DNA of 64,000 nucleotides, from contig NW_021833744.1 of the NCBI RefSeq assembly GCF_006345805.1, positions 139,040 through 203,039 on the forward strand, given 5' to 3'. Below, piece after piece: positions 13,494 to 26,589 of this stretch (within the stretch, counting starts at the first letter, position 1; every line of letters starts with the position of its first letter). Position numbers and translations under genes: made by a program. The notes under the pieces are model-generated. The model was not told the DNA's origin. It made no database searches and saw only the letters and a program-made list of their open reading frames with translations. The stretch comes from Octopus sinensis. Taxonomy: Eukaryota.

Positions 13494-14008
13494 CAAACAA
13501 TTCACTACGACACAAATTAAATAATTGTTTTTTCATTTCATAAACCATCATGCTAATTATTATATAGTCTTTTAATAGAACTGACACTTTTTGATGATAA
13601 CACCATGTTCGATCATCGATTGCGGTCAGGCTTCATTTACCCCCCAGCCGAGGTATGTGTTTGGGAGAAAACAAACTTGTCTGGTCGTGTGTCCATTAAA
13701 ATTGTTCATCTTTTTGACGATGGAAGCAATATAATTGACATTGCTGGACTTTGGGAATAGACAGGGAAGGACGTCCATTGGGCAACATAATTGAATTCCA
13801 ATTAATTTATTAACTTACGGACAATTAGATTGATTTATAAATCACTGATCTGCGTAAATCACGCAATGAACAATTTCTCCAACTTCTCCCTGCTCTGCAG
13901 AGACGAAATAAAGGAGGAACGAAAATACTCTCTCAATGAAAAGTTTTTCGGCCCCAAAGTCCTTTCCAATCTCTTCTATTTCAGAAAAGAGACAAGTTTG
14001 AAAACTGC

Positions 14009-16900
14009 ATGAAAATGTCCAAAACAATCACGACCAGACACGGACAAATCGCTCTTATCGCCTCCCCCAGCTTTGAATTGTCCCCCATAAACTTGGATGT
14101 CGAGAACATTGAACTGTTGTACGAGCATATGATGGAACAGGTAGTCGTGTCTTATTTATGTCCAGAAAAAAGAAAAAGCTGTGGCAAATATATTTTCGAG
14201 GCGCAGAACACGCGACTTGATGGGCATCACAAGTGCGAATGTGCTCGACCAATACCGTGATATTCTGACCTCACTCAACTGCATAAAAGCATCTAAATTC
14301 ATCTCCCCCGAAGCAAGCGGACTTTCCACATCAGGATCCTCAAAAGTCGGTTCCAGTCATCCCAAAGATAACTCGTTTTTGGAGGTTTCCATTTTTAGTT
14401 CATTTCAGACCAAAGATGAAGGAGAGGCAATGGTTCGATCAAAAATGAAATATTTGTAGGATGAGCTCTTTCTTAGTTTTGTTGATAAAAATGGGAACAT
14501 TAGTTCAGAGGAAACGCAAAATTTGCTGAAGATTTGGAATTTCAAGGATTTGCACATTCCTGGTCGCAGTCGATTATTTTCAGAAAACCCGCAACAAGTC
14601 ATCAAAACAAAGTCAAAATTGTCTACTAAACAACGAATGTCTCAAAATATGTATTCGAATCAATTCGGTGAGAAAGTGAAGTTTTCAGAATTGTCCAATT
14701 TTGAAAAACATGGAAAAACAGCCGGATTTGAAGCTGAGCAAACACTCTTTGCAATATCCACTATGAAAGGACGTGATAACTCATTCCCGAATTTAGCATC
14801 CAATCGGCCATTCTCGGGGAAATTTCTTTCGCAAGTCCCTTTTAGTGAACATACAAAATTATCAAATTACCCAGCTGTCTCAAGGAACTCTTTTTTGGAA
14901 AAATGCAATTTACTGTTGCCAGGAAGAAAATACAATTTTGATGATAATTTTAGAGAAATTGGCAAATCAAGTGTTCACCAAGAACTCGCAAAAAATGATT
15001 CAACAGAAGCAGGCCATAGGGAAATGGGGGCATTGACTGTTCATCGGCGATCTACAGGGGGTTATAGTTTGGAAGATGGTCTCAGTGAAATGACTAGGCA
15101 AGCTGTTTACGCTTCGGTCTCCGGAAATTCTGTTTTTGAAGAGAGTAGTAGAGGAATGTTTTTATTAAACGATAACCGATCACTATCTCCTAAAAGAAGA
15201 CCCTCATCTAACCGACCACTCTCACCTAACAAAGGACTTTTTTCTAACAGAGTACTGTCTGCTAACCTCGGACTGTTTACAAACGAAAAACTTTCTGCTC
15301 GTTCTAGTAACAGGGGATTTGCTGCCTACACCCAAGGAGACTCAATGGGAGAATTCAGCAGCGGAGAAATTGCAAATTTATCAAGTTTTTAAATATTTTA
15401 ATGTCATTAGGCAAAATAATTTTGAGAAAACGAAGTTTGAAGGTTACACAACTGTGCATATTTATAGAAACATGATTATGGACGACACGCGGCGTGGATG
15501 GAAGCACTCTCTAAAGGGCCGGTGCAATATTCAGCACCCTTCAGACGACAATTTGAGTACCCGGACAAACTCACGGGTTCCATCATTTTTACCCATATGC
15601 ATAAGTGAGGACTAACGAAATGATTTACGACGGTCCCACACAAAACTATCAATTCAAGAAAAAGGTGTATGTTGACGAATCGGCAATAAAAATGGTAAAG
15701 ATTTGGAACTGTGAACATAGAACCTCAAACATAGAAAATTCCCGAGCATCAGAATCGGAACAGAAGATGACCAGAATAGTGTTTCACAAGGCAGAGGTGA
15801 CTCAATACGTAAATTGGTGTGTGCAGATGGAACCATGAAAAGATCACGAACAAACAGAATTTCACAAAACGAAGTTGAAATTCCCTCAGAAATATCAAAC
15901 GACGAACAAATTCCAGGCAAATTTGAACTGAAAGAATGACTATTAGAAAGGGGGTCTACAACGGATATCAAGAGTATTTCAGAAAAAAGAATCAAAAAGA
16001 CTAAGAAACGTCGTTCTACAAGTTGATTTAAAACTCAAGAGTAATAGAGTGTGAAGGGGGATTCTCAAAAATGGTTTCAAATAAAGAAGAATTGGGCGAG
16101 CAGTCAACCGAAGAGGTGGCTGGATTGGCTCCATTTAAAACCTTGTCGTTTCAGGTGCCCGAGGAAAACGGCAATTCTGGTGATGGAAACGACATAGACG
16201 AGCATCTAAGAACTGTCTCAACAAATTCAACAAATGAAAAAAATACAACAAACCTAAGTTCACAAATAAATACGAGAAAAATGTCTGAGAATAAATCCTC
16301 CTCTTTGCTGGTGACTGCTTTATAGGATTTGTAGCTATTCGGGTCGCAGAGCACGGCACCGATCACAAATACCACAAATTTTACTGGCACCAAAGAATTT
16401 CGCTTTGAGGAATACAAGCCCAAAAAGTTTGAGCCCATCGAAAGAATGGAGGAAAAGGTCGTCTCTAAATATTGATTAGTAGCCGACTGTGGTTGAGGTT
16501 GATGACAAAAGAGAACTAAACATGGAGATTCACGAAATGAAGAGAAATAGACTTATCGCAAGGAAAAAAGAATTGGCGCAGCGGGAAATGGAAGAGCGAA
16601 TGGAAAAGAAGAGGCTCATGTCCTTAAGATCCTTAGTGGATATGGAAATTAAAGAAAGCATCGAAGCCTCCATCCGAGAAAAAGAGGCGCAAAAGTGGCA
16701 TAAAAAGTGGCTGAAATCCTTAGATCCTTCCAGGACGCTAAAGTTTTCAATCTGACAACAAAGAGCATTCAGACACCCAATTCCGTGTTGAACTTGAAAG
16801 TGTTAGAGAAAGTAGAAATCGGCAAAAAAATCAACGAATACAAAAAAAGAATGGTCCTTCCGCCTATAAATCGTGATTTCTAATTTGACATGATAGAAAA
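14009..16900 (+). CDS. Large unidentified multi-exon protein, Ser/Lys/Glu-rich with a C-terminal coiled coil
   Basis: A chain of same-strand ORFs (14009, 14181, 14523-15392, 15605, 16071, 16489) is separated by short GT-AG intervals. No family recognised, and it could be more than one gene. End approximate. Confidence 0.45.
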
Positions 16901-17357
16901 CGATATCAGCCAAGTTGACAAAAAAGAAATAATTCAATCAGCGCAGGAATCCCTAACCGAGTAGGTATTTTATTCCAACGTAGACCGGATGAAATTGAAG
17001 ATTTGTCAGATTGCCAGATATTGCCACCAGATTTATATAAACATTTTAATTACAGATCTAATTGGATCAGTAGACCATACGTCTACTCGTATTTCCTCCC
17101 ATTCTAACTTACTTCATGAACAAATTAACACACTATTAAAATAAAAAACTTATTTCCGACTAGTTATGTGTGCGTTAAAAACTGCAAAGAGAAAATAATA
17201 ATAAATGAGGGATCCAGCAAATCCCACAAAATACTAATAATTTATATTGAGTTCTCAAAATTAGTCATACAAAGACTAAAGGGGTACTACCCCGCTTATT
17301 CTGCTTGATTAAACAACACCACAAAATAAAGATATCGGAGAATATTTAACAAACTAA

Positions 17358-19933
17358 TTAAAGATAATCGACGTGATAGAACTTGATAGCTGCAGGAATC
17401 CCTGGAAATGTGAAACAACAATCAAACCCCCAGAAAAATCCTCCAACTTAACCTGCATTGACCACAAACTTGAGCGGATGGCGTCACAATGAGCCAGCAT
17501 TTCCTTGACAATATCTGAAAGTATACACAGCCAAGGCAACCGTCGACAGGGACTATATTCAAAGACTTTTTCTTTCGCAACTGTTTGGTGTGTTCTAAAA
17601 AGTAACCGAAGAAACAATACTCATTATCTCAATCAGCTTGTAGCGAAACAGATTTCGAAGAGACGAGAGAATGTCGACATAAACAAAGGCCAGGGACTCA
17701 AAGTTCTAAAAAATGCAATAATTACACTAACTGAATAGTCGGCCAAACCGGCAAGCAAGTCTGGGGCGGATAAGACCAATTTGATAGAGCCTGGAATGTG
17801 ACAGTCAACTCACCTGATCTGTCTTCAATATTAAGATGAGCACACGATAGTCTGCCGTAGACAGCCAGTTGGCAGCAGTCCATGAGTATTCGCACATCCT
17901 TGGTGAGGTCCGACAAGAGTGGGTCGTCGGTGGCAAACTCGGTGACCAGTGTTGCCAGAGTGGCATTTAAATGGCGACTATTGTCAATGAAGTAGTTAAT
18001 GGAGGACTCAAGGAGAGTGACGAATGGAGTAATGTCATCCACAACAGTCTAACAAATGAACCACCAATCATACTGTCGGGGACAACACTGTCTTGAAAAT
18101 AGAAAAGGCATTTAAATCATCAACATCGAGGACTCCAAACAACTATCGTCACACTGAACAACACACCTTCAATATCGATATGATGTAATTCCCCACCATT
18201 CGAACTGACCCCACCCCCGTTGGCGACCCAATAGTGGACTGAACGACAGAATTGGCGACGGAAATGAGGGCCTTCAGCTCGTTGAGACACTGACGAGTAT
18301 TGAAACTGTCTGCCATATTACTCCCACTATACCGCAAATTGCATCGTCGACTAGCGTCCGCGTGTGTTCCAGTCTATGACACTCATCAATAGTAATACGC
18401 GGCAAGGAGAGACTGGTCTTCACCACCTCCACCCTCCCGACAGTACCATTTGGCAGAAAGGAGGAATTCCTACGAGTAAGTAGAGTGGACGAACAGAAAA
18501 TTGTCTGTCATAAGTGGCAGCTTCTGCGAGGGCATCAGGGGAGTAGTCAAAGGGCTGATTCCACACGTGCAAGAGAAAAAGAAGTCGCAATCTTCGAGGT
18601 GAGGTCTCCGCGAGAGCAGCGTCGATGGTTATAAAGTTTTTGAGAGATTTGGACATTTTGCAGCCATTGATGGTGAGGTGCCCGGAGTGAAGGAAATAGC
18701 GAACCCACGGCCCCCCATTGAAGTAGGCCTACCGTCGAAAAGGAAGGACACCTCCGCCTGGGCCATTTCATTGTCGTGGTGAGGGAACTTGAGGTCATGT
18801 CCTCCACTGTGGATGTCCATCTGAGCCCCGAAAACTGCCGTGGCCATCACCGAACACTCAATGTGCCACCCGGGACGACCCTCCACGCTAAAACGGACAA
18901 CTACCTTCGACCAAGGGGAGTCCCACGATGGTTCCCCCTCCTTCGATGCCTTCCACAGAGCAAAGTCCCGTGCCGACCTCTTTTCCCCGGACGTGGCGAG
19001 GGAGCCTTCCCCCTCTGCCAGTGATTTCAAGTCAGTGACGGACTCGGGGACCAGTCTGGCGTAGGAGTGGTGGAGGGAGAAGGCCGGGACGTCAAAGTAG
19101 ACTGAGCCCGCGGAGACATACCTGCCAATAAAGCCCTGGCCATACGCAAATCCGTGGGCGATGATCCTTTGGATATATTCCACTATTTGGGGGACACATT
19201 CGGTGACTCGGGGGACGACGTCTGGTCTCATCACATTACTAACGTGTCCCACCCCCAACAAGTCCATCTTTTGAAAGAACTCCTCCTCGTATTTTCGGGG
19301 GAGGGATGTGAAGAGAGTGTTGACTGTGTGGCCGTACTGTTCGTCGAGGTACTCAGCCAGAGGGACAGCACAGTGAGTGACCAACTACCCACTGAGGACA
19401 CACCTCACCTCACTCACAGAACAGTCGGAGGCGACGTGTGTCTCCAATCGGGAATATTGTTCTCGGAATATGTCTTTCTTGAGGGGGTCTGTTTCCCCTT
19501 CCACTCTACTCCACAAGGCCTGGAATGTTGAGATGGAGAACCCGAGAGGCGAGGGCAATGTCCTTCCTCACTTCCTCGATGGAGCAGGCCGTCTGTTCGT
19601 ATTGACTAAGCAAATGATGTTGTCTGGCCCGTCTGATTATTTTGTCGTCAATGTCGGTGATGTTCATGCAGTAGGTCACCTTTATGCCGCAGTAATTCTG
19701 CAGAATACGTCGAATTATATCGAAGGACACATACGTCCTGACAATTAGCCAAATCACCCACCGAGCATGTCCAATGTGTGGGGAGTCATACACCGTTGGT
19801 CCACACCCGTACCAGGTCAGTCTCCCTTCTGACCACGTTAGGATTTCCTTAATCACTTCAATATCTTAACACTCACTTTCTGTCTCGTCAGGCTGTTGAG
19901 AACTTTTATTTTCCTTTCCGTAGAAAGAGCCAT
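17358..19933 (-). CDS. CARS1: Cytoplasmic cysteinyl-tRNA synthetase
   Basis: [25 protein letters not shown] (HIGH), [52 protein letters not shown]. The C-terminal exons were joined through 23-26 nt introns to TAA at 17358-17360. Confidence 0.95.
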
Positions 19934-19969
19934 TCTTAGACTAATCCGAGTGTGCTTTGAAAATAGAAA

Positions 19970-19975
19970 CACGTG
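19970..19975. promoter_or_regulatory. CACGTG E-box upstream of CARS1
   Basis: CACGTG with 36 nt between it and the CARS1 ATG, in AT-rich intergenic DNA. Function is inferred only. Confidence 0.35.
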
Positions 19976-20536
19976 GACAAAGTATTTACAATTAAAATAT
20001 TTTTAAATTTAATTAGTTTTCACTGAGAACCTTTATTTGATTTTTTAACACCGGTTAATATAGAGGCTGAAAAAAATAAGTATGGCTGGCCCAAGCGAGA
20101 TGTCAACATGTCGTCCTCATCTTGCGGCAGGGCAATTAATAATATGGAGGATTTGAGGTTTTTACTGAGACACTGGCAAATAGTCCACCTCCCATCCTGA
20201 GCAGATTGTTGTTAAAGGGACTGCCATATTGACACACCCACTTTTGTGTTTTGCAAGTGGAGGCGGTATTGAAAAAATAGGTCACTGTAGAATTCAAATG
20301 TTATGCGTTAAAGGTCGTTCAGTTATACATTTAGACAAATAACCAGTAGTGAATCCACGATTTTATTAATGAATGTAGTAACTCGGTCGATTCGATAACT
20401 GACGTCTTGTTAATTACAAAGTGGTGACTTATTCCCTGTGTAATTATATTAGCATGTCTTTGCCTAAACGATGCATAAATAGAACGACCTATTAAATACG
20501 TTTAAATTGGCATTTTCCGTATCGCGAATGTAGTTA

Positions 20537-22179
20537 ATGAAGGCGAGCAGTTCAGAAATATTGAGCAGAGTGACCTGCAAGTATTTCTATACGCTGACCG
20601 TCGCCGTCATGGGGACTTCTTTCGCCTATGGACACGGAAATGGAGTTCTCGACGGAATGGAAAAAGTATTAGGTGGAATAAAATGAGCCGTTAGTTTGCA
20701 AAAGAATTCACGAGACTGATTTTATATTCTAGATATCAAAAAGAATACTCAGATACCGAATATGAAAAAGCGTGGGGATTGATTTGGTCAGGGATATCGA
20801 GCATTTACTTGGTCGGGGCCATCGCGGGGGCATTCATAGCCCCGACCTTCGCAGATAAATTCGGGAGAAAGAAGGGTCTTCTCTACAACTCTGCAGTTGT
20901 TATACTCGGAGCAGTATTGGGTGCAATAAGCAAGCCTGCCAACTCGTTCGAACTACTTTTTGTGTCCCGACTCTTCAGCGGTCTCAGCGTCGGTCTGTCG
21001 TTTATAAATAAGTTAGGAATATTGGTTCCCTGTGTGAGTATGTACGTCAGTGAAATATCGCCCAAAGAAATCCGAGGAGCAGCAATTGCTTTTCACCAGT
21101 TTGCCGTCACTTTCGGGATATTGCTTGCACAGATATTGAACATTCCGGCGATATTTCGTACTCTAACAGTTCTAGCCCATAGGAAATCAGAATTATTGGA
21201 ATTTGTCATTTTTAATTCCAGGGATTACATCTACACTGTTCGTTATTCTATTTTCTTTCCTGCCCGAGAGTCCACGATACATCTACTTAACAAAAAATGA
21301 CAAAAATAGATCCTTCAAAGGTTTTTTGGCAGAACCTATTTTGTAGCATTGAACCAGTTCAGGAAAAAACAAGAATATTCTTATGAGGAGATTAACGAAA
21401 TGGACCTGGAAATAAAAAATATATCCAAGAAAAACATATCATGGAGAGAACTATTTTCCACAAAGGACCTCAGCAAGCCACTCACAATAGTCTTTGTGAC
21501 TCTCATCACCGTCCAACTGACAGGAATTAACGCGGTTTGTACTCAAATTATCCTCAAATTTAGATATTTACGTTTGCCTCTAACATTTACATGACTGCTG
21601 GCTTTTCCGAAGATAAAATCCCTTACGCAGTTATTGGAACTGGTCTTGTCAACTGTATAACTACTATAGCTGCTGTAGCAGTCTTAGTTTGTATTTGATT
21701 AGGTGCCCTTCATTGAGATCTTTGGGAGAAGACCACTGCTACTGTGGCCACTCACTTCGATCATACTTTGTTTAATTCTGATGGTCATATCCTTTGTCCA
21801 ACAAGTGGGGATTCTCGCCATTTTATCCACCTACTTATTTGTTGTTTCTTTCGCAGTTTCGTTTGGTGTTGTCCCGCAGGCAATTATGGTTGAATACTTC
21901 CGCCAAAATGTCAGAGGAAAAGCAGTTTCGGGGGCAGTTTTTGCTGGAAACTTGACCAACTTTTTAGTTTTTTGGATTTTCAGGCCTGCACTTAGCCATG
22001 TTGTATTTATATTTCTATTCGCCTAGGATACTGTTAAGCAGTACATTCTACTTTTGTTTGCGGGAACTTGCTTTTGTTCGCTCGTGTTCCTATATTTGTA
22101 CATGCCAGAGACTAAAGATAAAACGTTCGACGAGAACTCAACTGCCTTGAGCAACTGGGACACAGTTTTTAAAAAATAA
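20537..22179 (+). CDS. Facilitated sugar transporter (GLUT/SLC2A, MFS)
   Basis: ADKFGRK, YVSEISPKEIRGA, QFAVTFGIL, QLTGINA, IEIFGRRPLLL, EYFRQNVRGKA, YMPETKDKTFDE. Confidence 0.92.
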
Positions 22180-22315
22180 ATCCCAAAACGTCTAACCACT
22201 AATATAAATAGATTCAGATTCTCTCTAACATAACGGTCAATTGGAAGTACGTTTCGATTAATTACTATAGTCAATTATAAACATTATAAATATTTTTAAT
22301 GACAGCGAATAAGCC

Positions 22316-24903
22316 ATGTTTTCGCTTGGGCTTATTATTAATTTGTTTTCGCAGACAGCAACAAACGACACGAAATTCATTTTTGTGTATGATTACACAG
22401 TTCTGTGCATGAACATTGACTGCACAGGGTTGCCGACACTGCCCATTCATATTCAAAACATGTACATCTCCAGCACCCACTTGAACCAAGGCATTAATAT
22501 TTCAAAAACCATAAACAACTATTTATCCCAGAATCAAAATTCATTTATCCCATCTTTCTACTCCGGCGGACTGCTCAATTTTGGTCTCATTTCCGCCATC
22601 GTCCCGACCAATTCCAACACACGCTTAATTTCACATGTTTTTGGCGAAAAAACAATATCTACAATGAATGTATTAATTTCCCGAAAGACTCATTTATAGA
22701 ATAATGGCCTAATTATCAATTCGGTTCCCAAATCACACTCAATTGCTGTCCAGCTGTTCATAGAGCAATACCAGAGTCTTCAAGTATTCATAATCTCGAG
22801 TAGCGAATTAAAAATGGACGGATTCGTATCTTCTCTTCTCTCGTACTGCCAGGATAAAAAAATATTCTCCCACCTGATCTGCGTAGACAATGCCAATCAA
22901 ATTATGAGTGAAAAGGAGCTCAACTTCAATCTTGTCATCGACGTGATAAATCCAGTTGTTGTGCTCTACGTGAGGCAAGCAGATTTCCCTATAGTTCTCT
23001 GCTACCTCCGGAACAAATATCATAGAAATAACATGGCTTTCATAAGCGGCTTTGGGAATTTCACATCGAGCGAAGTTTATTGCTCTCAAAATGTGGTGGT
23101 CGTGGACTCGTTCATTTCCCATGTATTTTCTGATCTAATGCTGGAAAAAATTGCCAGTCGAATCACCGGCTCTGTAAATGAGGAGAGGCTAGCCATGATT
23201 TCATTTAATTCGTAGTCTCGTGAAAGCAGTCGATTCGTTTAAAGCTGACAACCAGCTGGCCCTGTTTATTCAAATGATGATTTCAAACAAACTGCAGCCA
23301 GTCATGTACGGATTGGTTAACAGCTCTACTCAACAACTTGAGAGAAGAAAATCCATATCAAGATTAAACCGGTTTTCAATTCCTTTCCGAATCGTGACTC
23401 GAATTGACGAGCCTTTTGTGATGCGAATTGATCTCACTGAAATTGAATTCTGCAATGCAGGATTGATATGTCTACAAATGCTCAAGAATGAATCACAATA
23501 TATCGACGTAGCCTTTGCAGATTATTCCAGCGATCGAGTCCTTGTTGGAAAAGTATACCAAGTTTGGTGCTGCTTCGGACTTGTGATCCAAATTCTTATG
23601 GAAGTCACTCTTGGGAATCAATTGACGTTGACGCATTTTTAGTATTTTTAGGAATCTAGAATTGTATATTCTAAACGAACCTGATTATGGAACATTCAAA
23701 AATGGGAAATGGACTGGAATGGTCGGAGAATTGGTCGAAAACCGAGCTGACTTGGCAGCCTCCACACTGACCATAACTACACAGAGACTGGAGGTTATTG
23801 AACTATGAATTCCCGCAGTATGTCGATTTTGTATCAATTGGCATCAACACATATAATTCACTAATGTCCATAAAAAAGAAGGAAGCCCCGCCGATCGGAA
23901 TAATATTCACTCCTCTCAAAATTGACGTTTGGATACTCGTGGTGACTTCTGCGTACATGCTCATCTTCATTACTGCCACATTCGAATGGACGAGTCCATA
24001 TGGGAGAAACATTCACAGTTCCAAACAGTGTGTCTATGCAATCGGTAGCAGGCATTACCAATGGTAGGATCGGCTCTCACTACGGTTATCTCAGTCTTAA
24101 CGATGAACTCTTTGCAAGCTAAAAGTCCCAAGTCAGTTTCTGCGAGATGTCTGCAGTCATTTTGGGCATTTGCGGCATTTATTCTCATTGCCTATTACAC
24201 CGCGTTCATGGCAGCCATCATGTCGAGCGACGAACACATCAATATTGACACCGCCGATATTTTTGTTTCCCTCAAAATAACGAGTTTAGAACAACTCCAA
24301 GTACATAATTGGAGTGCAAGAGGGGTCAGCGTTAGCATCGACAGTTCTCTTCAATAACAACAGCAGGAAAATCTTGAAATATTTATATAGTCAGCAAGGC
24401 TTTGAGGCGTTGAGGTAGAGGCAATGGCTAGCTATAGGAATGGAAAAATCGACTTTTATTTCGACGAAGAGGTGTACACAAGAATAGCAAGCACAAACTC
24501 GTTTTGTGACATTGAGTTGAATGGACAATTTGGTAAGTCCAGTTTCGGGTTTGGAATCCCTAAGAATTCTGTCTACCAGGTAAATAGAGTCTTCTCAATG
24601 GTAAAGGAGAGCATGCAAGCGGTGATTGTCCGCCTAAAGGAATCCAACAGTCTTTCGGCACTCAATAATAAATACTTTGTTGACGAACACTGTGTGACAG
24701 ACATTGAGTCAAAAGTGGAAAAGATCACTCCGAGTCATCATTTCGGAAGTTTCATACTCCTCTTGGCAGCTATTGGCATATCCGCTATACTGTGCATCAT
24801 CGAAATATACACGCACAAATACCTTATCGTGATTTTCCGAAACTCACATATCGACAGCATATGGAAGAGTTACAGAATTTACTTTACCAGTCAAGTAACT
24901 TGA
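22316..24903 (+). CDS. Ionotropic glutamate receptor, NMDA-type (GluN2-like), divergent
   Basis: Signal peptide, long N-terminal domain, S1 (YGTFKNGKWTGMVGELVENRADLA, LTITTQR), M1 followed by FEWTSPYG, pore loop and M3 aligning ungapped to GluN2, S2 (FGKSSFGFGIPKNS), M4. The 3' end is approximate. Confidence 0.85.
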
Positions 24904-25300
24904 CACGTCGTATTTGACAGAAAATATACAATCTGATTATGTCTAACCCTAATGCAGAGGTCTACCACAAAGACCAGGTGGGATACTTTCGAGTGTTGGG
25001 AAGGGTCCTCGAATTTAAGCGAAACTTGGTCAACCGGTCATAAATACTTTTAAACTATAGATCGAACCAGCCACAAAATCAGGAGAATTGAAAGAAATTA
25101 AACAATTCACTAATACTAACTAACTCAATAATACAAATCGTTAATATTCACAGATGAATAAACGAAGTGAAGTGAATTCCACTAGACTTACACTTTTATT
25201 GGAAACGAAACACTGTCAGTTCAGGAATAAACGAGGCTAATAGAGTGCGAGCTCATAATTGTTGAAATTTGATCACGGGACAGATAGTTAGTGTTAGATG

Positions 25301-26074
25301 TTATTCTTGAACTAACAAGATTTTGATGCCGATTGTGTCAAATTCAGAATACAGGGTCGCGAGGTAGGAATAAATCATAAAAAATAAATTCCATTCAAAA
25401 AATGCTGCCACGCTTAAAATGACCTAAACATGAAATGAGTAGGCAACATCGTTCTTGACTGCAACTGAGGGAAGGATGATTACTACAACAGTCAGCACAA
25501 ACAAACAGACATATCAAAACTGACAACACGGCAGACATCGCAACGACCCATCGAACAGCCAAAATGATTTTGGATACGTGTGTTGGAGACAGCATGAGGG
25601 AGATGACAGCAAGCAACCCGAGAATAATACACGAACTGATGAAGCCGACCATTGCACTGATCAGGTGGACATACCAGAGGGGTTTGTACTAATTGTGATT
25701 GTAGAAACTACTTGGAAATTAACCACGACAAGAAATGCCACTACAGAAATGGACATGAAACATAAAGCCACGTTGTTTGTCAACCCAGACAAATCCTCGG
25801 AGGCCAATCTACGTCGGTTATTTCCCCAGTGAATGAAAAACGAGAGACTCACTCAAAATAAAGGGAAAATCGAACCAGCTATAATTGAAAAGTTGAGAAA
25901 CAAAGAAAAGTAAGAGCTTTGTGGTCTTTGGAGGTAAACATTGCTGATGAAAGGAATTGTGGCAAATGTACCCTCGGGGGTGTCTTGCTGTTCCCAAATG
26001 ATGGTACCAAATACTCCACACAATCCAGATAAAATGGAAATCGTGATCAAATGTTTTATGTTCTTGCAAAGCAT
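25301..26074 (-). CDS. DRAM/TMEM150 (Frag1/Sfk1) family membrane protein
   Basis: IPFISNV...PQSSYFSLFLNFS, VVVNFQ, C-terminal AAFFEWNLFF...YSEFDTI, matching the DRAM pattern PYISD...P...LN, VANFQ, EW...DF. Confidence 0.75.
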
Positions 26075-26589
26075 AAAAAAGGATTCAACTTAAACCAAGG
26101 ATATTATCCATAAATAATAATATTTAAAATAATTACTTAGTGGTGTTTTACGATAAAACCACAAAATCATTAGTTTAAGTAATTAAAATAATTTTACTTT
26201 CACTGATCTTCTGTTTCTATAAGAAACAATTTGTTGAAATGATAAAATATAAATTAATAAGGTATTTTATAAAATTACGGTTGATAATTTGGATATGACA
26301 TTTCTTTATATGATAATTAAAAAAAGAATTTGTCCTCTCCATTCTGAAGAGTAGTCATATAATTTGCTAAGTATTTGTACTCATGTGATTAATTTGTTCT
26401 GTTTTTACCATGGTCTTTGCGTTAAAAAAGTATTCGTAATTATATAAAAGAACCAAAATGTGGAATCAACTATCCAACAACATTTTAGAATTTTAATAGA
26501 AATTATTAAAAATGTTATAATCATGACTAGGGGTGATAAAGTTAATTTATTTATTAAAACACCAAGACCACGCTAAAAACCGAACAAAT

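Noticed and set aside
13600-13800. Short coding-like segment (about 50-aa frames on both strands)
   Set aside because: No motif or consistent splice model, and no RNA-gene signature.
18149-18337. [12 protein letters not shown]... as a separate (chaperonin-like) gene
   Set aside because: Its ATG lies inside a 23-nt intron, and the sequence splices in frame as the CysRS helical domain ([13 protein letters not shown]).
20040-20340. Possible small spliced gene between CARS1 and the sugar transporter
   Set aside because: I could not assemble a stop-free, recognisable product on either strand.
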